Assembly (NCBI GenBank): GCA_038879595.1
Contig: JAVZTI010000005.1
Coordinates: 10,938-74,937, forward strand
Length of the DNA: 64,000 nt
Reading direction: 5' to 3'
DNA from: Desulfurococcaceae archaeon
GTDB lineage: Archaea > Thermoproteota > Thermoprotei_A > Sulfolobales > Desulfurococcaceae
In this document: in pieces, positions 27,500 to 35,698 of the stretch
How the letters are laid out: each line of letters starts with the position of its first letter
How positions within the stretch are numbered: position 1 is the first letter of the stretch
Notes under the pieces: generated by a model
Told to the model about the DNA's origin: nothing
The model's database searches: none
Seen by the model: the letters and a program-made list of their open reading frames with translations, nothing else
Program-made: the position numbers and the translations under genes

Positions 27500-28586
27500 A
27501 GTCAGGGATGCGTCAAAGCTAGTAGAGTACGTAACGATAGTTGGGAGGCTTGAACCACTCACCGAAGAAGACTACGTGAAGCTTGTGAGACTAGCACACG
27601 AGTTCAGGAAAGCCGCAACCTACGCTACGAGAATGATTGCTAAGGGCATAGACCCAAATACCGTTCTCAGAGAACTGCGCTCAATGCTTAACAAAGCGTA
27701 CGGGGATTCAGCGTTCAAGCTTGCTAAAGCCATAGTGGAGAGTGCTAGATCAAACAACGGAAACCCGCTGAAGATAGAAATTAGGAGGCTCTTCATAGTA
27801 TCGGAGGGTGAAGCAGGCAGGCTAGGTAACAGAAACGTGAGGTTGGATGACTCCAGCACCGTGAGGATCAGGTATCCGTACGAAAGATCGTGGCTCAGTT
27901 TCAGAGCAAGATTCGGAGAAAACCATGTACCGCTCGTCAAGGAGCTATCAGAGCTTGCTAAATCGAGGAAGTGTAGCTACGGTGCGAAAATAGTTTTCAG
28001 GAAGGGTAGAGTTTACCTTCACTTATCTGTACCCGTAGAGCTCTACTTGAAGTACTTCGGGAGGGGCGAAGCCATAGGGAGCTTAATTGCAGGCTTCGAC
28101 CTGAACAGCGACAGGGTAAACATGGTGATAGTGGATAAGTACGGAAGAGTAGTGGATGTGAGAACAGCTTGGTTCCCCGAGGTAACATCCCCGGGTTACC
28201 CGGGGAGCAAAGCTATGGTTGTTAGGCTTCGAGCTCTAGCAGAGCTACTCAACTACGCATACCACCACGGTGTTGGTGTAGTCGTGTTCGAAGACCTCGA
28301 CAAGATCAAGCAGAGAAGGTTCACCAGTTCACCCACAGCCAACAGGAAGATAACCAGATTCGCAAAGAAACAACTACTAACTCACGCAGTAGTCATGGCT
28401 TTGAAGTACGGGTTGAAACCTGTTCTAGTCGATCCACGAGGAACCACGAGCTCACCCGTACACAGCACTGTGATGAAGAAGCATGGTTTAGATAGGCACA
28501 CAGCGTCAGCTTACCTAATAGCACTCAGATATCTTCAGGACGAAAAGACCGTGAACGGTCACAAAGCACATAAACAATACAAATGA
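27492..28586 (+). CDS. TnpB/OrfB-like RuvC-fold protein lacking the zinc-ribbon insert
   Basis: Motif order GFDLNSD ... VVFEDLD ... VDPRGTTSS ... GLDRHTASAYLIA matches the TnpB split RuvC layout. Only about 12 residues with no Cys pairs sit where CxxC..CxxC normally lies. The ATG at 27492 overlaps the micro-ORF stop (ATGCATAG). Confidence 0.65.
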   Translation: MHRVRDASKLVEYVTIVGRLEPLTEEDYVKLVRLAHEFRKAATYATRMIAKGIDPNTVLRELRSMLNKAYGDSAFKLAKAIVESARSNNGNPLKIEIRRLFIVSEGEAGRLGNRNVRLDDSSTVRIRYPYERSWLSFRARFGENHVPLVKELSELAKSRKCSYGAKIVFRKGRVYLHLSVPVELYLKYFGRGEAIGSLIAGFDLNSDRVNMVIVDKYGRVVDVRTAWFPEVTSPGYPGSKAMVVRLRALAELLNYAYHHGVGVVVFEDLDKIKQRRFTSSPTANRKITRFAKKQLLTHAVVMALKYGLKPVLVDPRGTTSSPVHSTVMKKHGLDRHTASAYLIALRYLQDEKTVNGHKAHKQYK

Positions 28587-28721
28587 ATATCAAAAAGAAA
28601 ACAGCCCATTCATAATTTCTTGACTCTATTAAGTGCATAATGGAGATCTAATAAAGCTGTGTAGGTAAGGTTTAAAAGTATTGCTCATTGATAGTTTTCT
28701 GGAGTACATGGGGTTGCATAA

Positions 28722-29123
28722 GTGAGCTTAGAGGAATTAGTTAGATCAAAGCTTAGTGAAGCCGATCTCATAGTAAGAACTCAGCGCGGAAAAATACTGG
28801 GGATCCATAGAGAACTCCCAATACTTCTTTCAGTATCTCTTAGGAAGAATGGAGCATTAATAAGGATTGAAGCTATGGAGGGTCTTAGGAGTGCTCTCGA
28901 TGAATTAATTTCTTTAGGTGAAGACGCTAAGTCAGTTGTTGATGATGTATTGACTGAGCTGAGGGATATAGCAATAGACTTAAAGAACTCTCTTGAAGCA
29001 AGAGGAGTTAACGTATCCCTTGAATTAAGGAGTGGGGAAAGTGATGTAAGGGAAATTCTAGAAGAAATAATTGAAGAGTACGGAGAACTCATTGGAGAAG
29101 AGGAATTATTTGAGGGGGAGTAG
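28722..29123 (+). CDS. hypothetical acidic protein
   Basis: 133-aa Glu-rich ORF. Its stop immediately precedes the mutase start. Confidence 0.45.
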   Translation: MSLEELVRSKLSEADLIVRTQRGKILGIHRELPILLSVSLRKNGALIRIEAMEGLRSALDELISLGEDAKSVVDDVLTELRDIAIDLKNSLEARGVNVSLELRSGESDVREILEEIIEEYGELIGEEELFEGE

Positions 29124-29124
29124 T

Positions 29125-30486
29125 TTGAGTCAATTGTTTGGAACGGATGGTATAAGAGGGATCATTAATGAAGAGCTATCGCCAATGCTTGCTTTAAAAA
29201 TAGGGCTAGCAACAGGGACGTTATTCGGAGCTGGAGCTAGAGTACTTATTGGAAGAGACTCTAGAGCTGGTGGAGAAATGCTGTCTAAAGCAATAGAGGC
29301 AGGCCTCTTAGCTACTGGAGTTAAAGTATATGATGCTGGGCTCATCCCTACTCCAGCACTACAGTACGTTGTTAAAGAAGATGGATTCGATGGTGGAATA
29401 ATTATTACTGCAAGCCACAATCCCCCTGAATACAATGGTATAAAAGTCATTGATTTCGATGGAGTTGAGCTTCCTAGAGAGAAAGAAGTCATTATTGAAG
29501 AACTAGTTTTTACAGAAAAGTATAAGATGGCTTCATGGGCTTCACTGACGCAAGACGTAAAGCCGTATCCACATGCATTGGAGAAGTATGTTAAAGCTAT
29601 AGTGAGCCATGTCGATGCAGAACTCATTAAGAGAAAAAGCTTTAGAGTCCTCATAGATCCAGCTAACAGCGTTGGTGCTCTAGCTTCACCTAGAGTTGCT
29701 CAAATGCTGGGCGCAAAAGTATGGACAATAAATGGAGATCTTAGTCCCTACTTTCTAGGGAGACATCCAGAGCCTACGCCTGAAACTCTTGTAGAGACAG
29801 CTAAAGTAGCTAAGAGCTTAAATGTTGATTTAGCGATCGCTCACGATGCTGATGCCGATAGAGCTATCGTAATAGATGATCAAGCCAATGTTCAGTGGGG
29901 GGATAGGACTGCTGCAGTACTAGCTAAGTACCTTGCTGAAAAACATCTAGATCTCCCCAGAAGAGTCTTTACAGCCGTTTCATCAAGTAACTTAGTTGAA
30001 GAATACCTTAAGCCTATAGGTGTAGAAGTAGTGTGGCTAAAGGTGGGCAGTATAGGTATAGCAAGAGCTTTAATGAGTAAGGGAGGTATTTGCGGCTTTG
30101 AAGAGAACGGAGGCTTCATGTACCCACTTCACCATCCCGTGAGAGATGGAGCCATGACTTTAGCACTGCTCCTAGAACTCATGGCTGTTGAAGGAAGGAA
30201 GTTAAGCGAGATCTATGGAGATTTACCCAAGTACTATGCTCTAAAGACTAAGTTCAGGATGGATAAAGCGAAGGCTTTTAAAGCAGTTGAAGCAGTAAGG
30301 GAGTACTTTAAGAACTATAGGCAGGTTAACATTGATGGCGTTAGAGTAGTTGGCGACGATTTCTGGCTTCTCGTAAGGCCTAGTGGAACTGAGCCTCTTC
30401 TTAGAGTAATGATAGAGGCGAGAAGTGTTGATAGAGCTAAGGAGCTCTTGAGAGAAGTAGAATCAATTGTGGGTGGATTAAGTTGA
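29125..30486 (+). CDS. glmM: phosphoglucosamine/phosphomannomutase family protein
   Basis: FGTDGIRG, TASHNPPEYNGIK and GFEENGG motifs. The TTG at 29125 gives M-SQLFGTDGIRG right after the upstream stop, so the track start 29071 is probably too early. Confidence 0.85.
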   Translation: MSQLFGTDGIRGIINEELSPMLALKIGLATGTLFGAGARVLIGRDSRAGGEMLSKAIEAGLLATGVKVYDAGLIPTPALQYVVKEDGFDGGIIITASHNPPEYNGIKVIDFDGVELPREKEVIIEELVFTEKYKMASWASLTQDVKPYPHALEKYVKAIVSHVDAELIKRKSFRVLIDPANSVGALASPRVAQMLGAKVWTINGDLSPYFLGRHPEPTPETLVETAKVAKSLNVDLAIAHDADADRAIVIDDQANVQWGDRTAAVLAKYLAEKHLDLPRRVFTAVSSSNLVEEYLKPIGVEVVWLKVGSIGIARALMSKGGICGFEENGGFMYPLHHPVRDGAMTLALLLELMAVEGRKLSEIYGDLPKYYALKTKFRMDKAKAFKAVEAVREYFKNYRQVNIDGVRVVGDDFWLLVRPSGTEPLLRVMIEARSVDRAKELLREVESIVGGLS

Positions 30487-30896
30487 GGTACTGGGGGCTT
30501 GATGTATTAGCCTGTATCTACTGCAAACAATTCCCCCTGAGAATTCATGTCCTAAATACTATTGTTGAAGAATTGAGAGTAGAAGATATACCAATACCCT
30601 ATTGCAAGACTTACTGCGGCTACTTAAACACCCAAGTAACAGAAGGCAGGGAGTATCCATGCAGGGAATGCCTTAAGATAGAAGTTAGTGAAGCAGTCCT
30701 CTACTGTATTAACTGTAAGCATTGGTATCCAGTGAAGAATGGCATAGTAATAATGATGCCTGATAATAGGAGGAGGCCTGAAGCAGACATAGAGTTCTTA
30801 AAGAAGTATGCTGATAAGCTGCCTAATGAAATAGTTTATGAAGGATTGCCGCATAACTTGTCTAGAGAAGTAAATCAACGTAGAACTCATAAATGA
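30483..30896 (+). CDS. Trm112-like zinc-ribbon protein (DUF343-type), extended
   Basis: LACIYCKQFPL ... LYCINCKHWYPVKNGIVIMMPD matches the Trm112 pattern, with extra Cys pairs in between. Confidence 0.55.
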   Translation: MRYWGLDVLACIYCKQFPLRIHVLNTIVEELRVEDIPIPYCKTYCGYLNTQVTEGREYPCRECLKIEVSEAVLYCINCKHWYPVKNGIVIMMPDNRRRPEADIEFLKKYADKLPNEIVYEGLPHNLSREVNQRRTHK

Positions 30897-31089
30897 AGCA
30901 CTAGACAGGCTCTGCCCTTATGAGTCCCTAAGTCTCATTCACTAGACCGTCATTGCTATATCTTTAAGATTTTTAAAGCGTCTAAAATCAATATGTTATG
31001 TTAATTTGCCAATAGTATTTTGCTACAAGATCTTTTAACGCCTCGTGTAGCTGTTTCGGTTTTCATATCTGTTTATATTGATTGAAATA

Positions 31090-31096
31090 TTTATAA
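31090..31096 (+). promoter_or_regulatory. TATA box candidate (TTTATAA)
   Basis: Lies about 25 nt upstream of the abrupt start of the G+C-rich island at about 31116. Confidence 0.3.
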
Positions 31097-31108
31097 GAAC
31101 TCTATACA
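31094..31108 (+). repeat. direct repeat copy 1 (TAAGAACTCTATACA)
   Basis: 14/15 identical to 31334..31348. The pair brackets the G+C island. Confidence 0.5.
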
Positions 31109-31116
31109 GCGATATG

Positions 31117-31293
31117 CCTGGATGAGGGTTCGAGAGCCCATCGAGGCTCTCTCCGAGATACTCAAGATGTGGGGTGCCCGGAGTCGCCCTGAAAGCCCCT
31201 AAGGGTTATGCAAACCCAAGACTGATGCAGGGGAAAAGAGATGAAGCAATGAAGTCAACAGATATAAAACTACATAAGAGCTGAACCCCTTTT
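31117..31293 (+). ncRNA. candidate small structured RNA (unclassified)
   Basis: Hand count gives 73/130 G+C (56%) for 31111-31240 inside a very AT-rich ORF-free region. It has a perfect hairpin GAGAGCC-CATCGA-GGCTCTC (31132-31151) and ends in CCCC+TTTT (31286-31293). The 3' part has a C-box-like GAGATGA (31238-31244) and a D-box CTGA (31281-31284) bracketed by GGGG/CCCC. Confidence 0.25.
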
Positions 31294-31333
31294 AAATACC
31301 CCTATATTCTCTTCAAGATCTTTTCTGCCTCCT

Positions 31334-31348
31334 TAAGTACTCTATACA
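31334..31348 (+). repeat. direct repeat copy 2 (TAAGTACTCTATACA)
   Basis: 14/15 identical to 31094..31108. Confidence 0.5.
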
Positions 31349-32231
31349 TTTATGTGTCAAAGAATTCTTCAATGAACTTCCTTACTTCACTGCATTCTTT
31401 ATATTAATAACGTCTTATAAAATACCTTGAGCCTATGTATGCATCTTCAAGTATGTCTACAATGCACTACCTCTCATTTGCCAGTTATTTAAGGCACTGA
31501 TTCTCAGTGATCTCTATTAAGTCTCATAGAGAATGTAGTTTAGAGAAGTCGCTTACGGCTTTTAATATGTAGGCTTTTAAAACTGGCTAAACTGCTTGTT
31601 CAAGATGAAATGATGCAATATCGTATTCGCTAACTCTATAGAAGTGCTTGGCTCATTAATCATTTCCCTATAGAGCATGCTACTTGCAAAACACTGGCTT
31701 TAACGCATTAAGTCATGTGATGAATGCGCTGTGCAACTTAGTATATGCTATGCACTCCTATACAAGGTTCTCTACACAGATAGCCTATTTTTTCTCAATA
31801 TAGGAAAGCTTTTCTTCGCTTTAAATTCTCTAATTAATGATGTTTCTAAGCACCTATGACTTTACTTTGCTATTGATTCAACTGAACGCTAACGTCATGA
31901 AATATCTAATTATGTGGGAGTACTTTAGATCAGTGTTGATTGCTTTAGCAGTACTGTTTTCAGTAATTACAGTTAAAAACCCTATATAGGCTTTTATTCT
32001 CTAGCATAGTACTCAATGTAGGTCACTAGAAGGAGTTAGTGAAAACACTGTTTTAACCAACTATCATTGATGAATAATTCGTAAGATAACAAAATAAACC
32101 CGGAGAACTTATTAGGGATAGGGTTTTTAAAGGGGGGTGCAGAGGGAGTATGAGAGGGGGTAGCTCTGAAAACTAGGACGCTGGTAGTAATATCTCTACT
32201 AATAGTTATAGCTGTAGCGCTCATTTTCCTA

Positions 32232-33779
32232 TTGACATATAAGCCCACCCCTAGCGTTAAGAGAGTGGTTGCTTATGCCTATAGAGATGCTATTACAGGC
32301 ATAGATCCAGGAGTAGAGTTCGATACTGGAGTAGTCGTTCTACACTTAATTTATGAACCGTTATTAAAGTATGATCCTTTGAAAAACGAATTCACACCTC
32401 TACTAGCTGTAAGCTGGGAAAAGATAAATGATACTGCATGGCTCTTTGTGCTAAGAGATGGAGTGAAGTTTCAAGACGGCACTCCTCTCGATGCTGAAGC
32501 AGTGAAATTCAGCATAGAGAGGACAAGGGATATATATAGTGAGACTGGGAGAGGACCTGGATACATATGGAGTTGTGTTGAAGAAGTCATTGTAGTAAAT
32601 AGGACTGCAGTACTCTTTAAGCTCAGCTACCCGGCTAGAGTGGACTTAATAGCTTCTGGAGCCTATGGAGCATTCATATATAGTCCAAAGGTCGTTGAGT
32701 ATAGTGGTGCAACAAGCCCCATAGACCCCAGGCTAGAGGAGTGGTTTAATGAAGGAAACGCTATTGGAACAGGACCCTATAAGTTGGCTTCATATAGGCC
32801 TGAGTCAGAAGTAAGGTTAGTTAAAAACGATGAATGGTGGGGTTGGAAGGAGGTAAATAATCCAAGTCCTCCAGACGAAGTCATAGTTAAGATAATTGAA
32901 ACACCTGAAGCACAGGAAAGCGGGCTGAGAGCTAAGAGCATAGACATAGCTACAAACATACCTAGAGTAAGCATTCCAGGGCTAGAGTCCCAAGGATATA
33001 GTAAAGTAGTTATATCATCATACCACAACTTCATATTAGTATTCAATACACGGAGGTATCCTACAAACATAGTTGAAGTGAGAAAAGCGATAGCTTACGC
33101 AATACCATATGATGAATTAATTAATACAGTTCTTAGAGGCTATGGTAGAATTGGAAGTGGTCTTGTCCCATGCGGCTTCCCAGGCTACATAGAGAACCTT
33201 ACATACAAACATGATCTTAGTTTAGCGCAAAAACTCCTTGAAGAAGCTGGCTTAGCTGGAAGAATAAGTTTAGAGATCGTGATTACGGCAGGCTATGAAG
33301 AGGAGGAGAAGTTTGCGAGCTTACTTAAGGACTCGCTAGCTAAGCTAGGTATAGAGCTTACAATAACTTCCCTTCCATGGGAGTTCGTAAAGGAGAGAGG
33401 CGCTAGTGTCTGGGTTAACCCCAATGAAGCTCCACACTTAATAATTAATGATTGGTGGCCTACATATCCATCACCCTATGAATACTACTACATATTCCAC
33501 AAGGATGATAAGGAATGGAATTGGGCTGGCTATGAAGATGAAGAGTATTCTCAAATAATAGATGAAGCCTTTGTATTAGAGGGAGTGGATTGGGCTAAAT
33601 CCATGGAGCTTTATGCAGAGGCTGCACAAAAGATATTCAACAATGCTATAGCGATCAATCTATGGGACATGATGCACATATATGTATATGATGGAGGTAA
33701 GCTAGTGTTTAGGGAAGAAGCCTTTAATCCACTGTACTCTTACGTGATCTTCTTCCAATACGTTGAGGTGAAGACTTAA
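32232..33779 (+). CDS. ABC transporter substrate-binding protein, family 5 (oligo/dipeptide type)
   Basis: SBP_bac_5-like sequence (GTGPYKL, WWP.YP). The frame is open from 32154 and encodes a signal-anchor (KTRTLVVISLLIVIAVALIFLL) upstream of the listed TTG, but no canonical start is in frame. Confidence 0.8.
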   Translation: MTYKPTPSVKRVVAYAYRDAITGIDPGVEFDTGVVVLHLIYEPLLKYDPLKNEFTPLLAVSWEKINDTAWLFVLRDGVKFQDGTPLDAEAVKFSIERTRDIYSETGRGPGYIWSCVEEVIVVNRTAVLFKLSYPARVDLIASGAYGAFIYSPKVVEYSGATSPIDPRLEEWFNEGNAIGTGPYKLASYRPESEVRLVKNDEWWGWKEVNNPSPPDEVIVKIIETPEAQESGLRAKSIDIATNIPRVSIPGLESQGYSKVVISSYHNFILVFNTRRYPTNIVEVRKAIAYAIPYDELINTVLRGYGRIGSGLVPCGFPGYIENLTYKHDLSLAQKLLEEAGLAGRISLEIVITAGYEEEEKFASLLKDSLAKLGIELTITSLPWEFVKERGASVWVNPNEAPHLIINDWWPTYPSPYEYYYIFHKDDKEWNWAGYEDEEYSQIIDEAFVLEGVDWAKSMELYAEAAQKIFNNAIAINLWDMMHIYVYDGGKLVFREEAFNPLYSYVIFFQYVEVKT

Positions 33780-33782
33780 GAA

Positions 33783-34802
33783 ATGGGTATAACTCTTAAC
33801 TACGTAGTTAAGAGGATTGTTTTCTCAACAGCCATAGTCCTTGGTATTTCAATAATAACATATGTATTCATATACTTAGCCCCCGGGGATCCAGCCTATG
33901 TATGGGCTGGCAGACCCAGAGGGCCTCTAGCTAGTGAAGCTATAGCTAAGGCTAGAGTTGAGCTCGGCCTAGATCAGCCTATTTACGTTCAATTCTCCTT
34001 ACACGTGTTTAGATTCTTCAGTGGCAACTGGGGTTTATCGATTCGATTTAAGCAAAGTGTTTTCTCATTAGTTATGAGGAACTTCGCCAGTACGCTAGAG
34101 CTACTGCTAGTAAGCTTCACTATATCGATACCCATAGGGCTACTTCTTGGGATATATTCATCCCTCTATAGAGGGAGTAGAATTGATGCAGCCATAAATT
34201 CTCTATCCATAGTTCTTTCAAATACTCCTCGGTTTTGGATAGGTTTAGCCATGCTCCTGGCATTTACTTCACTTAATATTCCAACCTATGGCAGGATATC
34301 TGATAACTTTAGGGGGGAGCTAATAGAGCGCATTGGATTGTACTTAGTTGATAGCCTGCTTCAAGGTAGGTTAGACATATTTCTAGATGTCCTCATAAGG
34401 ATCATTCCTCCAGCACTAGCGCTATCCCTCTACCCCATTGGAGCAATAGCTAGAGTGACTAGGATAAGTCTATCGGAAGCTCTTCAAGAGGAGTTTGTTA
34501 GAGAAGCTGTATCTCTTGGATTGCCTAGAAACATAGTAGTCTATGGATATGCATTAAGAGGGCTTATACCAAGCTTAGTGCAAGCAATTGGGCTATTCTT
34601 TTCATACAGCCTCATAGAAGCTATGGCTGTTGAGTACGTCTTTGGAAGAGAAGGCTTAGGCAATCTACTAGTGAAAGCTATTCCAGCAAACGACTTTCCA
34701 TTAGTTACAGCAGCTCTTGTAATAGTTGCATTAGTGTATGTAGTCACTAATACTGTAGCAGACATAGTGCAAGCCTTAATAAATCCAAGGGTGACTATGT
34801 AG
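33783..34802 (+). CDS. ABC transporter permease (DppB/OppB-like)
   Basis: N-terminal YVVKRI...PGDPA motif and multiple TM spans. Confidence 0.85.
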   Translation: MGITLNYVVKRIVFSTAIVLGISIITYVFIYLAPGDPAYVWAGRPRGPLASEAIAKARVELGLDQPIYVQFSLHVFRFFSGNWGLSIRFKQSVFSLVMRNFASTLELLLVSFTISIPIGLLLGIYSSLYRGSRIDAAINSLSIVLSNTPRFWIGLAMLLAFTSLNIPTYGRISDNFRGELIERIGLYLVDSLLQGRLDIFLDVLIRIIPPALALSLYPIGAIARVTRISLSEALQEEFVREAVSLGLPRNIVVYGYALRGLIPSLVQAIGLFFSYSLIEAMAVEYVFGREGLGNLLVKAIPANDFPLVTAALVIVALVYVVTNTVADIVQALINPRVTM

Positions 34803-35698
34803 TGATTAAAAGAGTTCTTAAATCAATTAATTCACTGGCATTTCCAATTAGTGTGTGGAGGAAGAGAATTACATTTAGAATAGGTTTAATAATAACTACC
34901 GCTATTTTATTGGCAGGAGCTGCTGGAGGTCTACTTCCATTAATATATGGATGGGACATAGGCTTTAGAATAGTTGGTGAAAGCTTTCAACCTCCTTCAC
35001 TAGGACATGTATTTGGAACAGACGATCTTGGAAGAGACATGTTTATAAGAATACTTATGGGGACTTCTAGGGCTCTAGCTCAAACAACTATAGTGATAGT
35101 TTTAAGTCTCTTCATAGGTCTATTTGTTGGAGCAATAACGGCGTATTATAAGGGGTTTGTTGAAAAGGCTTTACTGTATGTTACTGAGCTCTTTTTAGCA
35201 ATACCAAGCATTCTACTAGCCTTAGTTTTCGTCATATTGTTTGGACGCGGCGCCTTAACTGTTTCCTTAGCCCTTGTCGTAAGCTGGTGGTCTTGGTATG
35301 GTAGGTTCGCGTATTTACAAGCTAGAGCAGTAAGGGACTTGGACTTCATAGTTTTAGCTGAACACTATGGACTGCCAGGCATATACATCATATTTAGACA
35401 CATAGTGCCAAATATAATGAGCCCTATATTCATTCAAGCACTTACAGACGCTGGCTCCGTAGTAATAGAGTTAGCAACAATAAACTTTCTTATAGGAGTG
35501 GGCACTACATCCATAGAGGAGCCCGATTGGGGGCTCATGCTGGGTTATGGAGTTCGATACATATTTAACTATTGGTGGATCCCGCTTCTACCGGGATTAT
35601 TTATAGTACTCATGGCTTTAGGCTTTGCCTTAATTGGAGACTCACTCTATGAGGAAATGCATCCTCAATTGAAGAGGAGGTGGAAGTTGTGGTTTTAG
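34802..35698 (+). CDS. ABC transporter permease (DppC/OppC-like)
   Basis: GTDDLGRDMF motif and multiple TM spans. Confidence 0.85.
   Translation: MIKRVLKSINSLAFPISVWRKRITFRIGLIITTAILLAGAAGGLLPLIYGWDIGFRIVGESFQPPSLGHVFGTDDLGRDMFIRILMGTSRALAQTTIVIVLSLFIGLFVGAITAYYKGFVEKALLYVTELFLAIPSILLALVFVILFGRGALTVSLALVVSWWSWYGRFAYLQARAVRDLDFIVLAEHYGLPGIYIIFRHIVPNIMSPIFIQALTDAGSVVIELATINFLIGVGTTSIEEPDWGLMLGYGVRYIFNYWWIPLLPGLFIVLMALGFALIGDSLYEEMHPQLKRRWKLWF

Larger units (their letters stand above)
27315..28586 (+). mobile_element. possible IS200/IS605-derived (TnpB-only) element or domesticated derivative
   Basis: G+C-richer than its flanks (about 52% in a 60-nt sample at 27541-27600). No TnpA or serine recombinase is present, and the ends are not defined. 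Confidence 0.3.

Noticed and set aside
27005-27562. Four overlapping ORFs (27005..27310+, 27097..27522+, 27154..27414-, 27299..27562-) in the G+C-rich island.
   Set aside because: The translations are rich in Pro/Arg/Cys/Trp/His and do not look like proteins. Long open frames are expected by chance at about 62% G+C. The track start 27468 of the TnpB-like ORF is also replaced by ATG 27492.
31122-31151. tRNA-like T-arm (GGGTTCGAGAGCCC), possibly marking a tRNA fragment or att site.
   Set aside because: The loop would be 8 nt with G rather than C at the closing position. No acceptor, D or anticodon arms can be drawn. It does not match the T-arms of the two real tRNAs in the window.
31707-31885. 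C/D-box sRNA candidates seeded by GTGATGA (31717-31723) and ATGATGT (31837-31843) in the ORF-free region.
   Set aside because: The first has no CTGA D box at the right distance. The second has a D box 2 nt after the putative C' box, which is incompatible with the 12-nt guide spacing.
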